A stretch of 64,000 bases of DNA, from contig VJWM01000011.1 in assembly GCA_010909165.1 (NCBI GenBank), positions 1,488,001 to 1,552,000 on the forward strand, written 5' to 3'. The notes beneath the pieces are model-generated. The model was not told the DNA's origin, did not search any database, and saw only the letters and a program-made list of their open reading frames with translations. Origin of the DNA: Anthoceros angustus (lineage: Eukaryota > Plantae > Anthocerotophyta). Shown one piece after another: positions 50,231 through 63,545 of this stretch; positions within the stretch are counted from its first letter, which is position 1, and each line of letters starts with the position of its first letter. The position numbers were made by a program, and so were the translations under genes.

Positions 50231-50989
50231 TGGTACCAATATTGACACACTCGTCAGCCGATCAAACCTGGCACAACATACACTGAAAGTAATTATCAAA
50301 GGACTTCATCTCTCACAGCAATAGACACCACCTGACAAGACATCGATGAGAGGCCAAGTTCACTGGTGCAACAATAAAATGCTGATTGAGTCTTCGTCAG
50401 GCTGAGGAGCAGCAACAGTCGAACCACGCTACAAATCTGCAGCGCAAACCCCGTCCGCGCTATGAAAATCGAAGGAGGTCCGCTGCGCACCAACCGCGGC
50501 AAAGAACCTCCGCTTCGTCCTTTCAAGCGGAGTTTCCCGGGCCATGACTCGGCAACGGAATGTTGGCAGCGAGCCTCAGGAGTCCGTCACTGCGCCAGGG
50601 CCTGCACAGTGCACACATGGTCCGCAAGACACAAGTCCGAGACAAGTCAGAAACACAGACACGAGCAAATTTGAAGGCCATCACCTCATGCACCGAGATG
50701 CAAATTCCGCCAGCTGCAGCATCATCAAAAGTGAGGAAGAAAATGCACTCCATGACTTCATGGCACTGCAGGAAAATCGGATTTGCTGTGGAGCTAATCA
50801 AAACGACCGCTGCACTGACTACAGAGCCTTGACGAACAAGTAGCTCACAACGCGCACCAATTTTCAGCTTCCCTCTCGTGCTCCAATTTTGCGGTTGTTA
50901 GAAATGATTTAGTGCAATATATCAAAATGTGTTAGACTGATAGATGGCTGCCTCCAAAGCCACCTAAGGAGATTCGAATATGCAGGTTA

Positions 50990-53900
50990 AGTAACGGCAC
51001 TAGTGAAATAAGGTAGAAAGGTGAAAAGTTGAAAAAGGAAAAGCTAAGTTAGTAGCTGCCCTGTTAAGAAGATGCATGTGTTGTATGCTTCATGCAATCT
51101 CTTGTTAGAGAGGAATTACAGCCACAAATGAAGAGCTGCCTAGAGAGGACTCTTAGTGATTAGTGGTCCGTAAGAATCCCTAGATTTAACAAATGCCGCC
51201 TAGTTAATATGGATATATAAGGGCTAGAGCAAGGGCTTTGAGGAACAAGTTACAAGTTACTCACTCTTTGAGAGAGCAGCAAGCAAGCCTTGTGTTGAGA
51301 GAGTCGTGAGAGCTAGCTAGTGAGCTTGTCATGGAATCAAGGCGTGAGCTGGGCGAGATAGCCGATCGTTGTATTCAATAAAGAGCAGACCGAGGAGGTG
51401 GCTGCGAGTCGTCGGGGACGGGCTACTTGGAGCCTAGTGGTGTGTGAGGTTGAGAGCTGAGAATCGTGCAAGTCTCTTGTGGAGTGAATTGGCGAGGTCC
51501 TAGACCGGAAGCCAAGACTTGACGCCTCATCAGCTGAGGGGTGTTACTTGAGTGGTATCGAGCGTAGTCCATTCCTCCGAGTGACTAGAGAGTGCACAAG
51601 ATGGTCAATGAGAAGCGAAGGAGAGGGCGAAGAAGCAGCCTCCGCCGATCATCCGCCTCAACCGCCTCAAGATTCATCATCGTAACAAGAGGAAGTGAGA
51701 GCGACCGAGAGCAAAGCAGCCCATCCGAGAGAAGTCGAGGACCTGAAGAACGGATGGTGGAAGTACTTTATCAAGTTCTTCCACGATGTAATGACTTCAA
51801 GGAAGAAGACAAAGGTAATCCAGAGCCCATACCAACAAGGCGAAGATGCAAGAACAACAAGAAATCTTCCGGACCAAAGCAGTATCTTCAAAGTGGCTCA
51901 AATCGAGCATGAAGCTAGCCCTACCGATAAGTATGAGGGAGAAAGAGATGCAAGTCATTGATTCTTGGATCTATTCTATTGAGACTTATCTCGCCTCATC
52001 CGGTGTTGAGCCGAGTACTACTTAGGTACTGGCAATTTCTTAAAGGGCTATGCTTTGGTCCGTGGCGGTTATGGTGCTAATGTTGCCTGTGGTAACCGAG
52101 CACATACCATCGCTGCATCGGGCATCCTTCAAAGAAGCCCTCAAGAAGGCCCAACCGAATGCTTCGCAGGCATTTGACAATATCAAGCAAAGTAATCGAC
52201 GAGATTATGTAAGTACCTTCGTGAAGTCATGCGCATCGCACTACCATGAGTGAAGATGACAAACCGCATCGCTTCATGGTCGGTTTGAAGGATTGGGCAC
52301 AATGTAATTGAGTTGTAGTCCAACTACATTGGCAGAGGCCATTACGCAGCAGATGCCATCCTGATACTTTCCATTCTAGTACATCCAACTCCTCCAGAAG
52401 ATTTCGAGGCTGGTGGTGGTATGCCCACTAGAGGAAGCTCTAGTAGTGCCAGCAGAGGAGTCGCTAAGGACATCGGAAATGGAATTGCAAGAGGCAATTC
52501 AAGAGGAAATTTCATGAAGAAATCGAGGAGCGCAGAGGTCATGGAGCTCGTGAGAATGCCAAGTATGGGTTCTCGAAAAGGAGTATGCTACTCATGTGGA
52601 GAGCCGGACATTATGCAAATGAATGCCCGAATGGACTCAACGTAGGAGAGATCCACACCAAGACTCGTGGATTACTAAGTGGCGGATCCGAGGATCCCAA
52701 ATGTGGGATCGGCCACATGTGCGAAGGCCGCATGTGGTGAGTCTCGAGTGCCGAGGACGACTATTCGGAGGGCGGGTGGAGAGCTCATGTACATACATGG
52801 ATGTATAAATGGAGCGAAGCGAGGATGTTGCTTGACTTAGCAAGAACACAATTTCATTTCTCCTAGCAAGGCAAGCAAGCTTGGTTTGACATGGGCTAGT
52901 ACATCCGAGCCATGTAGAGTGAAACAAGCTAAAGGAATGCAACACAAAGGTGAATTGCAAGAAGTGCTGATAGGGAGGAATGGAATGGAGCTTCAGTTGT
53001 AGATATGGATGATCATGAAATCATCTTGGGCTTAGAATGGATGAAGGCCAACAAGGTATGTGTGAACGTGGACTCACGCACCATGATCTTAGGAGATGAA
53101 GAGCACAAAGTGAGTTGTGCGCTCAAGCGAGGCTTGGAGACAACATTGATGATATCATCTCTAAGAAAGAGCTCAAATGTTGTGTAAAGGATGGAGAGGA
53201 ACTCTTTACTTGCCGCAAGGACTAGAAGATGGTCTTGAGATGGAGTCTCGTGAGCCCAAAGATTCCAAGGAAGTGCAGTGCCTTGAATGAGTTCAAGGAC
53301 TTGATGCCCGATGAGTTGCCTCCTTTACCTCCTAGAAGAATTGTAGATCATGAGATTGATCTCAAGCCGTGAAGTACACCGCCTTCAAGGCGCCATATAG
53401 ATTATCGCAGGATGAGCTACAAGAGTCAAGAGATGATGTCTAACCTGCTAGCCAAGGGCTATGTGAGAATCTCAAAGTCCCCATTTGCGCGCCTGTTGTT
53501 CACGCAAGAAGAATGGAGGATTGAGATTATGCTTGGATTACGAGCACTCAATCGGATAAGAAGAATTCTTATCCTTTGCCAAGGATGGATGACTTGTTGA
53601 TGATTGAGAGGTGCTAAGTATTTCACCAAGTCGGATCTAATGGCGCTATTACCGCATCGGAAGGACATGAATACAAGACCGCTTGTAGAACAAGGTATGG
53701 ATCTTTTGAGTTCCTTGTCATGCCATTTGGACTCACTAATGCACCACCACGTTCGACTCTCATGAATACTATATTCGAGATCCGTGGATGAGTGTGTTGT
53801 GATATACTTGGATGACATCATGATATATGTTCTACCTTGAAGAGCATGTCCAACACTTGAGGAAAGTGTTAGAAAGGTTAAGAGCAAATTCTTTGTTCTT

Positions 53901-56900
53901 AGCTATAACAAAGTGTGACTTTGTTAAGGAAGAGATAGACTTCCTAGGATTCATTGTCTCACGGATGGTATCGGATGGATCCCGATAAGGTAAAGGTTAC
54001 AGAGTTGGTCCAACGAATGTCGAGGTGCGTATGTTTTGGGATTGGCTAGGTGTAAGATTTGTCGATGTTTGCCAAGATCGCCCATTAATCGATCTCTTGA
54101 AGAAGGCGAAGGCTTGGAAGTGGGATGATGAATGTCGAGGGCATTCGATTTTGAAGTTGAAACTCAAGACTACCCCAAGATTGGCAATCTATGATCCAAG
54201 AAGGATATAGAAGTATATCCGCGCCGAGCATTTGGCGGAGTGCTCATGCAAGAAGGTAGGCCGGTGGCTTACGAATCAAGGAAGTTGCATGAACATGAAA
54301 GGAAGTACCCACTTATGAAAAGGAGATGATCATCATCAATTGTCTCAAGATTTGGAGACATTATCTTCTAGGAAGATCTTTTGTGCGTATACGCATAATG
54401 TAAGCACGAGCTTCTTTACAAATCAGCGACTAAGCGCAAGAGCTAGATGGCAAGATTTCCTAGCAATGTATGATGTGTCTATCAAGTACAAGCAGGGAAG
54501 GAGAATCTTGGCGATGCTTTGAGTCGCAAGCGAGTTTAAGTTTGATAACCGCTTTTCAAGAGGCCTCTAAGCTAAATACGATGGTGATTGAGCCAAGGAC
54601 ACTCACACGCAGATCAAGGAAGCTTATCTGCGAGATCCATTAGCAGTGATTGGATCAATGAAGTGGAGCAACCGGATCTAAGTTTAAGCTTAGAAATGGC
54701 TTGTTGATGTTCAAGCAAAACAGATTGTGATTCCCGATTCTCATGTGTTGAGAAGGAAGTTGCTTGAGTGTCATGATGTGCCAAGTGCAGTCATAGAGGA
54801 ATTGACCCAACTTATGAGAAGTTGAGAAAGTGCTTCTTCGGAATGTACAAGCATACCGTTGAGTATGTTAAGTCTTGTGTAGACTGCGCAGGATAAGGTG
54901 GAGCGCATAAATCCGCGAGGTTTGTTGCAACGCCTATTCCAAGTGGGCCTTGGAAAAGTATATCAATGGATTTCATTATGCCATTGCCAAGAATAATGGA
55001 CACACTATCATGAGTGGTTGATAGATTCAAGCAAGCACACTTCATCCCTAAGAAGCGAGTGAAAGCTTGAAGTTGCTCGATTGTTCAAGAAGCATGTATA
55101 TGTGTTACATGGACTATGCATTGTGAGTGAGAGATCCCATTTATGCAGAGTTTTGGCAACTTATGAAGAGCTTAGGAGTGCAATTATGTATGAGCACGTA
55201 CCACCGACATGATGGATCAATGAGAGGGGTGAATGAATCCAAGAAGAATACTTACGACACTATGTATGGATGGACCGAGACTGGAGTAATCATCTTGAGG
55301 ATGCAATTTTGTTATAATAACATTGTACATAGCTCCAGTGCTACACCTTTTCGGATGACTGTAAGCAATGGACGTAGTTTCCATGTTGAATGCTAGCGTG
55401 TTGAGACAAAGAAGAGAACCACGTGAATTCATTGAGCGCTTAAGGGCCGTGCATGAAGTTGCTAAGAAGATATTGGCCAAGGCTCGTGAGGCAAAAGAAG
55501 TTTCTGTGCATGTGCAAGAGGCAGTTTCAAGTAGGAGACAAGGTGTGGGTGAAATTGAAGAATTTCCCACCGCCACAAGGCGACCTCAAAGTTAAGGCCT
55601 AAGTATGGAGGACCTTCGTAGTTCAAGCGCATTGGAAATGTGGCTTACAAACCAAACTATTCGAATGGATCTTCTCTCATAATGTGTTTCATGTCTCTTT
55701 ATTGAAACCATTTGTGATTTCGAAAGAGAATGAAGATATGAACAGGAAGGATTATGTCATCCTGGTTCAACACAATCATGGTCTGCGGGAGATTGTTGAA
55801 TTCCTAGCAGAGAGAGAAGTGCCTACTGTCCGTGGTAATGTACCAGAGTATCTGGTAAGGCTTCGTAGTTATGCAGATCCTGTCTGGGTTTCACTTGAAG
55901 ATGTGCAACAAGGATCATGGATGATCTCACATCGGAGGTCATTGAGGACAATGACATCTTCCCAAAGGGGAGAGAGTAACGACAGTGAAACAAGGTAGAA
56001 AGGTGAAAAGTTGAAAAGGTAAAAGCTAAGTTAGTAGCTGCCTGCTAAGAAGATGCATGTGTTGCATGCTTCATGCAATCTCTTGTTAGAGAGGAATTGC
56101 TGCCACAAATGAAGAGCTTAGAGAGGACTCTTAGTGATTAGTGGTCCGTAAGAATCCCTAGATTTAAATGCCTAGTTAAGGTCAGCTGGATATATAAGGG
56201 CTAGAGCAAGGGCTTTGAGGAACAAGTTACAAGTTACTCACTCTTTGAGAGAGCAGTGCAAGTGCAAGCCTTGTGTTGAGAGAGTGGAGAGCTAGCTAGT
56301 GAGCTTGTCATGGAATCAAGGGCAGCCATGGGCGATAGCCGATTCCATTATTCTTGTAATAAAGAGCAAGACCTCGAGGAGGTGGCGAGTCGCTGGGGAC
56401 GGGCTACTTGGAGCCTAGTCCGTGTCGTGAGGTTGAGAGCTGAGAATCGTGCAAGTCTCTTGTGGAGTGAATTGGCGAGGTCCTAGACTGGGAAGCCAAG
56501 ACTTGACGCTTCTCATCGCGCAGTTGAGGGGTGTTACTTGAGTGGTATGAGCGTAGTCCATTCCTCCGAGTGACTAGAGAGTGCACAAGATGGTCAATGA
56601 GAAGGAGAGGTCAAGCGCAGCCTCCGCCGATCATCCGCCTCAACCGCCTAAGATTCATCATCGGAACAAGAGGAAGTGAGAGCGCCGCCCGAGAGCACAA
56701 AGCAGCCCATCCGGAGAGAAGTCGAGGACTGAAGCGGATGGTGGAAGTACTTTTATCAAGTTCTTCCACGATGTAATGACTTCAAGGAAGAAGACAAAGA
56801 AGTAATCCAGAGCCCATACCAACAAGGCGAAGATGGAAGAACAACAAGAAATCTTCCACAATTCAGCAGTATCTTCAAAGTGGCTCAAATCGAGCATGAA

Positions 56901-59900
56901 GCTAGCCCTACCAGATAAGTATGAGGGAGAAAGAGATCCGCAAGTCATGATTCTTGGATCTATTCTATTGAGACTTATCTCGCCTCATCCGTGTTGAGCC
57001 GAGTACTACTTAGGTACTGGCAATTTCTTAAAGGGCTATGCTTTGGTCCGGTGGTTATGGTGCTAATGTTGCCTGTGGTAACCGAGCACATACCATCAGC
57101 ATCGGGCATCCTTCAAAGAAGCCCTCAAGAAGCGCCCAACTCGCGAATGCTTCGCCTAGACAACTTGACAATATCAAGCAAAGTAATCTACGAGATTATG
57201 TAAGTACCTTCGAAGTCATTATGCGCACTACCATGAGTGAAGATGACAAACCGCATCGCTTCATGGTCGGTTTGAAGGATTGGGCTAATGACTGAGTCCA
57301 ACTACATTGGCAGGCCATTAAGCAGCAGATGCCATCCCATACTTTCCATTCTAGTACATCCAACTCCTCCAAGATTTCGAGGCACTCGTGGTGATGCCCA
57401 CTAGAGGAAGCTCTAGTAGTGCCAGCAGAGGAGCTAAGGACATCCGGAAATGGAATTGCAAGAGGCAATTCAAGAGGAAATTGAAGAAATCGAGGAGCGC
57501 GCAGAGGCCGCGGAGCTGAGAACATTAGTATGGGTTCTCGAAAAGGAGTATGCTACTCATGTGGAGAGCCGGACATTATGCAAATGAATGCCCGAATGCG
57601 AACAAGACTCAACGTAAGAAGGAGATCCACACCAAGACTCGGGATTACGGCGGTTGATCCGAGGATCCCAAATGACGGATCGGCCACATGCGCGGCCGCA
57701 TGTGGTGAGTCTCGAGTGCCGAGGACAGACTATTCGGAGGCGGGTGGAGAGCTCATGTACATACATGGATGTATAAATGGAGCGAGAGGATGTTGCTTGA
57801 CTTAGCAGAACATAATTTCATTTCTCCTAGCAAGGCAAGCTTGGTTTGACATGGGCTAGTACATCCGAGCCATGTAGAGTGAAACAAGCTAAAGGAATGC
57901 GCAACACAAAGGTGAATTGCAAGAAGTGCTGCAGATAGGGAATTGGAATGGAGCAAGAGCTTCATGAGGTAGATATGGATGATCATGAAATCATCTTGGG
58001 CTTAGAATGGATGAAGGCCAACAAGGTATGTGTGAACGTGGACTCACGCACCATGATCTTAGGAGATGAAGAGCACAAAGTGAGTTGTGCGTTCTCAAGC
58101 GAGGCTTGGAGACAACATTGATGATATCATCTCTAAGAAAGAGCTCAAATGTTGTAAAGGATGGAGAGGAACTCTTTTACTTGTGCAAGGACTAGAAGAT
58201 GGTCTTGAGATGGAGTCTCAGCCCCAAAGATTCCAAAGTGCAGCCGCCTTGAATGAGTTCAAGGACTTGATGCCCGATGAGTTGCCTCCTTTACCTCCTA
58301 GAAGAATTGTAGATCATGAGATTGATCTCAAGCCGTGAAGTACACCGCCTTCAAGAGCGCCATATAGATTATCGCAGGATGAGCTACAAGAGTCAAGAGA
58401 GATGTCTAACCCGCTAGCCAAGGGCTATGTGAGAATCTCAAAGTCCCCATTTGGTGCGCCAGGTTGTTCACAAGAAGAATGGAGGATTGAGATTATGCTT
58501 GGATTATGAGCACTCAATCGATAAGTGAAGAATTCTTATCCTTTGCCAAGGATGGATGACTTGTTTGATGATTGAGAGGTGCTAAGTATTTCACCAAGTC
58601 GGATCTAATGGTGCTATTACCGTGATCATGAAATCATCTTGGGCTTAGAATGGATGAAGGCCAACAAGGTATGGATCTTTTGAGTTCCTTGTCATGCCAT
58701 TTGGACTCACTAATGCACACCACGTTTCGACTCTCATGAATACTATATTGAGATCCGCTGGATGAGTGTGTTGTGATCTACTTGGATGACATCATGATAT
58801 GCTACCTTGAAGAGCATGTCCAACACTTGAGGAAAGTGTTAGAAAGGTTAAGAGCAAATTCTTTGTTCTTAGCTATAACAAAGTGTGACTTTGTTAAGGA
58901 AGAGATAGACTTCCTAGGATTCATTGTCTGGATGGTATCGGGATGGATCCCGATAAGGTAAAGGTTATACAGAGTTGGCGCCGCCAACGAATGTGCACGA
59001 GGTGCGTATGTTTTGGGATTGGCTAGTAAGATTTGTACCGATGTTTGCCAAGATTGCGCCCCATTAATCGATCTCTTGAAGAAGGCGAAGGCTTGGAAGT
59101 GGGATGATGAATGTCGAGGGCATTCGAGTTGAAACTCAGCACTACCCCAGTATTGGCAATCTATGATCCAAAGAAGGATATAGAAGTATATACTGATGCG
59201 TCAGATATTGCAATTGGTGGAGTGCTCATGCAAGAAGGTAGGCCGGTGGCTTACGAATCAAGGAAGCTGCATGAACATGAAAGGAAGTACCCCACTTATG
59301 AAAAGGAGATGACTGCTGTCATCAATTGTCTCAAGATTTGGAGACATTATCTTCTAGGAAGATCTTTTGTCTGCATAATGTAAGCACGAGCTTCTTTACA
59401 AATCGCCGCGACTAAGCGCAAGAGGCTAGATGGCAAGATTTCCTAGCAATGTATGATGTGTCTATCAAGTACAAGCAGGGAAGGAGAATCTGTGGCGATG
59501 CTTTGAGTCGCAAGCGAGTTTAAGTTTGATAACCGCTTTTATAAGAGGCCTAAGCTAGGCAAACATGTATGGTGATTGACACTCACACGCAGATCAAGGA
59601 AGCTTATCTGCGAGATCCATTAGCAGGATTGGATCAATGAAGTGGAGCAACCGGATCTAAGTTTAAGCTTAGAAATGGCTTGTTGATGTTCAAGCAAAAC
59701 AGATTGTGATTCCCGATTCTCATGTGTTGAGAAGGAAGTTGCTTGAGAGTGTCATGATGTGCCAAGTGCAGTCATAGAGGAATTGACCCAACTTATGAGA
59801 AGTTGAGAAAGTGCTTTATCGGCTGGAATGTACAAGCATACTGAGTATGTTAAGTCTTGTGTAGACTGCAGGATAAGGTGCATAAATCCAGAGGTTTGTT

Positions 59901-61479
59901 GCAACCGCCTATTCCAAGTGGGCCTTGGAAAAGTATATCAATGGATTCATTATGCCATTGCCACCAAGAATGGACACAACTATCATGACGGTTGATAGAT
60001 TCAAGCAAGCACACTTCATCCCTACAAGAAGCGAGTGAAAGCTTGAAGTTGCTCGATTGTTCAAGAAGCATGTATATGTGTTACATGGATCATGATTGTG
60101 AGTGATGAGATCCCATTTATGCAGAGTTTTGGCAATTTTATGAAGAGCTTAGGAGTGCAATTATGAGTACACAGACATACAGATGGATCAACAGAGAGGG
60201 TGAACAGAATCCAAGAAGAATACTTACGACACTATGTACGATGGACCAAATGAGATGGAGTAATCATCTTGAGGATGCAGAATTTTGTTATAATAACATT
60301 GTACATAGCTCCATAGGCTACACACCTTTTCGGATGATGTAACGAAGCAATGGACGTAGTTTCCATGTTGAATGCTAGCGTGTTGAGAGCAAGAGAACCA
60401 CGTGAATTCATTGAGCGCTTAAGGGCTGCATGAAGTTGCTAAGAAGATATTGGCCAAGGCTCGATGTAAAAAGAAGTTTCCGAGCAGCAAGAGGCGTAGT
60501 TTCAAGTAGGAGACAAGGTGTGGGTGAAATTGAAGAATTTCCCACGCACAAGACCTCAAAGTTAAGGCCTAAGTATGGAGGACCTTTCGTAGTTCAAGCG
60601 CATTGGAAATGTGGCTTACAAACTCTGAATGGATCTTCTCTCATAATGTGTTTCATGTCTCTTTTTGAAACCATTTGTGATTTCGAAGAGAATGAAGATA
60701 TGAAGAAGGATTATGTCATCCCGGTTCAACACAATCATGGTCTCGGGAGATTGTTGAATTCTGGCAGAGAGAAGTGCCCTGTCTGTGGTAATGTACCGCA
60801 GTATCTCGTAAGGCTTCGTTATGCAGATCCCTGGTTTCACTTGAAGATGTGCAACAAGGATCATGGATGATCTCACATAATCGGAGGTCATTGAGGACAA
60901 TGACATCTTCCTGGGGAGAGAGTAACGCACTAGTGAAACAAGGTAGAAAGGTGAAAAGTTGAAAAGGTAAAAGCTAAGTTAGTAGTCGCCTAAGAAGATG
61001 CATGTGTTGCATGCTTCATGCAATCTCTTGTTAGAGAGGAATTGCTGCCACAAATGAAGAGCGCCTAGAGAGGACTCTTAGTGATTAGTGGTCCGTAAGA
61101 ATCCCTAGATTTAATGCCTAGTTAAGGTCATGGATATATAAGGGCTAGAGCAAGGGCTTTGAGGAACAAGTTACTCACTTTGAGAGAGCAAAGCGCCTGC
61201 AAGCCTTGTGTTGAGAGAGCTGGAGAGCTAGCTAGTGAGCTTGTCATGGAATCAAGGGCGTGAGAGAGATAGCCGATTCCATCGCTGTATTCTTGTAATA
61301 AAGAGCAAGACCGAGGAGGTGGCTGAGTCGTTAGTGGACGGGCTACTTGGAGCCTAGTCCGTTGTGAGGTTGAGAGCTGAGAATCGCAAGTCTCTTGTGG
61401 AGTGAATTGGCGAGGTCCTAGATCACTGGAAGCCAAGACTTGACGCTTCCTTATTGGCTGCGCAGTGAGGGGTGTTACT
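50990..61479 (+). mobile_element. Ty3/Gypsy chromovirus, tandem dimer LTR-int-LTR-int-LTR
   Basis: LTRs at 50990-51548, 55975-56538 and 60921-61479; TSD GGTTA; PBS TGGTAT(C)GAGC; PPT GGGGAGAG. Domains: gag CYSCG, RT YLDDI, RNase H VYTDASDIAIGGVL...AYESRKL, integrase and GPF, chromodomain-like EIVEFL...EYLVRLRSY...WVSLEDV. Confidence 0.95.
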
Positions 61480-62409
61480 GGTTATGCAGATACAAGTATA
61501 TATTTATCAATCTATTTACAACAGCTCGATCTTCACTCAGGGGTTTTTTCAATTTTTCTGATCCTATTATTGTAGGAGTTTGCTTGAAACAAATATGGGA
61601 AATGAGGACTTCCCAAATTCAACTTCTCAACTTGCCGGATATTTGGTTATGCTTCACAGCACTAGTCTCTAGGCCAGACTCAGAATAGCAGTTAATTTTC
61701 ATGATAGTCTCTCTATACAGCTGTCAAATCAGTCCCATGACGGAAATCTGTCCTTAGTGGACTTATGAATAGTGCCCTAAACAATAGGTTATAAAGAGTG
61801 CTCTAAAAATAACAAATTTGTATATGTCGCGCCATAGCCGTATACCTGCTCACTTCTCTCACGAAACAAACCAAGTCTACCATGAACCAAGCTCTATTAT
61901 GCTTTACACTCCATTTACCTATTTCTATTGCATAAAATAAGAGCCGCAAATGGGATTGCTGATGTGCAAAAATCAAAGTATCTCGATTTCATTCACTCGC
62001 ACACACACACACACACACACTGATTGGGCTCTACTGCTTACGGGATCTGTATGTCTACACACATCCGCCTATCTCGGCACTTCCTACGGTAAACATCAGC
62101 AATCCACTTCCTTCGGATTGCTCCTTCCTTTTATGAGCCATCCTTCTCCATGCCATAAATGTCTTTGCTATCTTGAGGAGATGTGTGCTGTGACCGAGGC
62201 GCCGCCTTTGCGTTAATGCTCTTGTCTTCCTCGACTTTTGCCACACTGCTTATGCACATACTTACACGGCCTTTCCTTACAATACTGCTGCGGCTACCAT
62301 CGATCATATTGCTATACGGTTATGCTTACCAACATGCACATCCCCTAAACATGCGTACCCACACCCTATCATGCTAAGTCACATGCTTCTATCCCGTTTG
62401 TGTCACGAC

Positions 62410-63120
62410 ATATACTTTCTAGAAAGTCATGTATCTTCTAGAGAATATCTTCTTGGGCTTTAGAAAATATTTTCTAGAAAGCCTAAGAGTAAAGGGCAAG
62501 TCAATTTACCAATAGGATTAAGAGAATATCTTCTAGAAAGCCCAAGAGTAAAGGGCAAGTGAATTTACCAATAGGATTAAAGTATAGGGCATGTCAATAG
62601 AGCAATAGGATGCAAGGCTGAGGGCTATATAAGGCCAAGCACATGTAGGTGTGGGGTGTTGTGTGTGAAAGTGTGAGTGTGGTGTGTGCAAGTGTGCATG
62701 TGGTGTGTGCAAGTGTGCAAATATTATGTGCAAGTGTACTTGTATTCCCTCTCATACAACACCCCATACTAATATAATATATGGCACTAGACACACTACA
62801 CTAGGTACTGCAGCATATTTCAGCACAGCCCCACACCCACACCTCAGGTGGGCTTGGCCATATTTCGCTTGAATCCTATTGGTGCATCCGCTGACCTTTA
62901 TACTTTAGTCGTGGAGAACATGTTTTAGAAAGCTCAAGACTAAGGGGCCAGCCAACTGAACAATAGGATTCAAGTACAAGGCAAGTCAACAGACCAACAG
63001 GATTCAAGGCTAAGGACTATATAAGCCAAGCCCACCTAGATGTGGGGTGTGGTGTGTGCAAGTGTGCTAGTGTGCTAGTACCTAGTGTGCCTAATGCATA
63101 TAACCCACATCGTATGGGAG
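62410..63120. repeat. Non-coding region with internal direct repeats (probable TE/LTR remnant)
   Basis: TTCTAGAAAGCCTAAGAGTAAAGGGCAAG x2; CTATATAAG(G)CCAAGC...TGTGGGGTGT(T)GTGTGTG x2. Confidence 0.5.
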
Positions 63121-63237
63121 TGTTGTGTTCCCTCTCCATAAAGACTGAACTCTTTTTTTGCAGCATTCTTAACACCTTTCTCAGTCTTTGTGGCACCAAC
63201 TGCCGTCATTGAAAGCAGGCGTGCTGAATGTAAACTT

Positions 63238-63545
63238 GCTAGCGGTGTTAGCAGAGCACCAATGGCGGTGTCGCCTTTGGCTTAGCAACCAATGGCGAGG
63301 TCACCGCTCAGAGAGCTAATGGCGCTGGTCACCGCTTAGCGACCAATGGCGCAGTCAACCTTCGCTTAGCGACCAATGGCGCAGGTCGCCGGCTTAGCGA
63401 CCAATGGCGGCCAGTCACCGCTTAGCGACCAATGGCGCAGTCACCGCTTAGCGACCAATGGCAGCCTGGATTAGCAGCCTATGGCAACAGATGCGACCTT
63501 TGGCATAGCCCAATGGCGCAGTCACCGTCTTAGCGGCCGATGGAT
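63238..63545. repeat. Minisatellite, ~26-28 bp x ~10
   Basis: GCTTAGCGACCAATGGCGCAGTCACC units head to tail. Confidence 0.85.

Noticed and set aside
63238-63545. CRISPR-like array
   Set aside because: Units are head to tail with no unique spacers, there are no cas genes, and the context is eukaryotic; it is a minisatellite.
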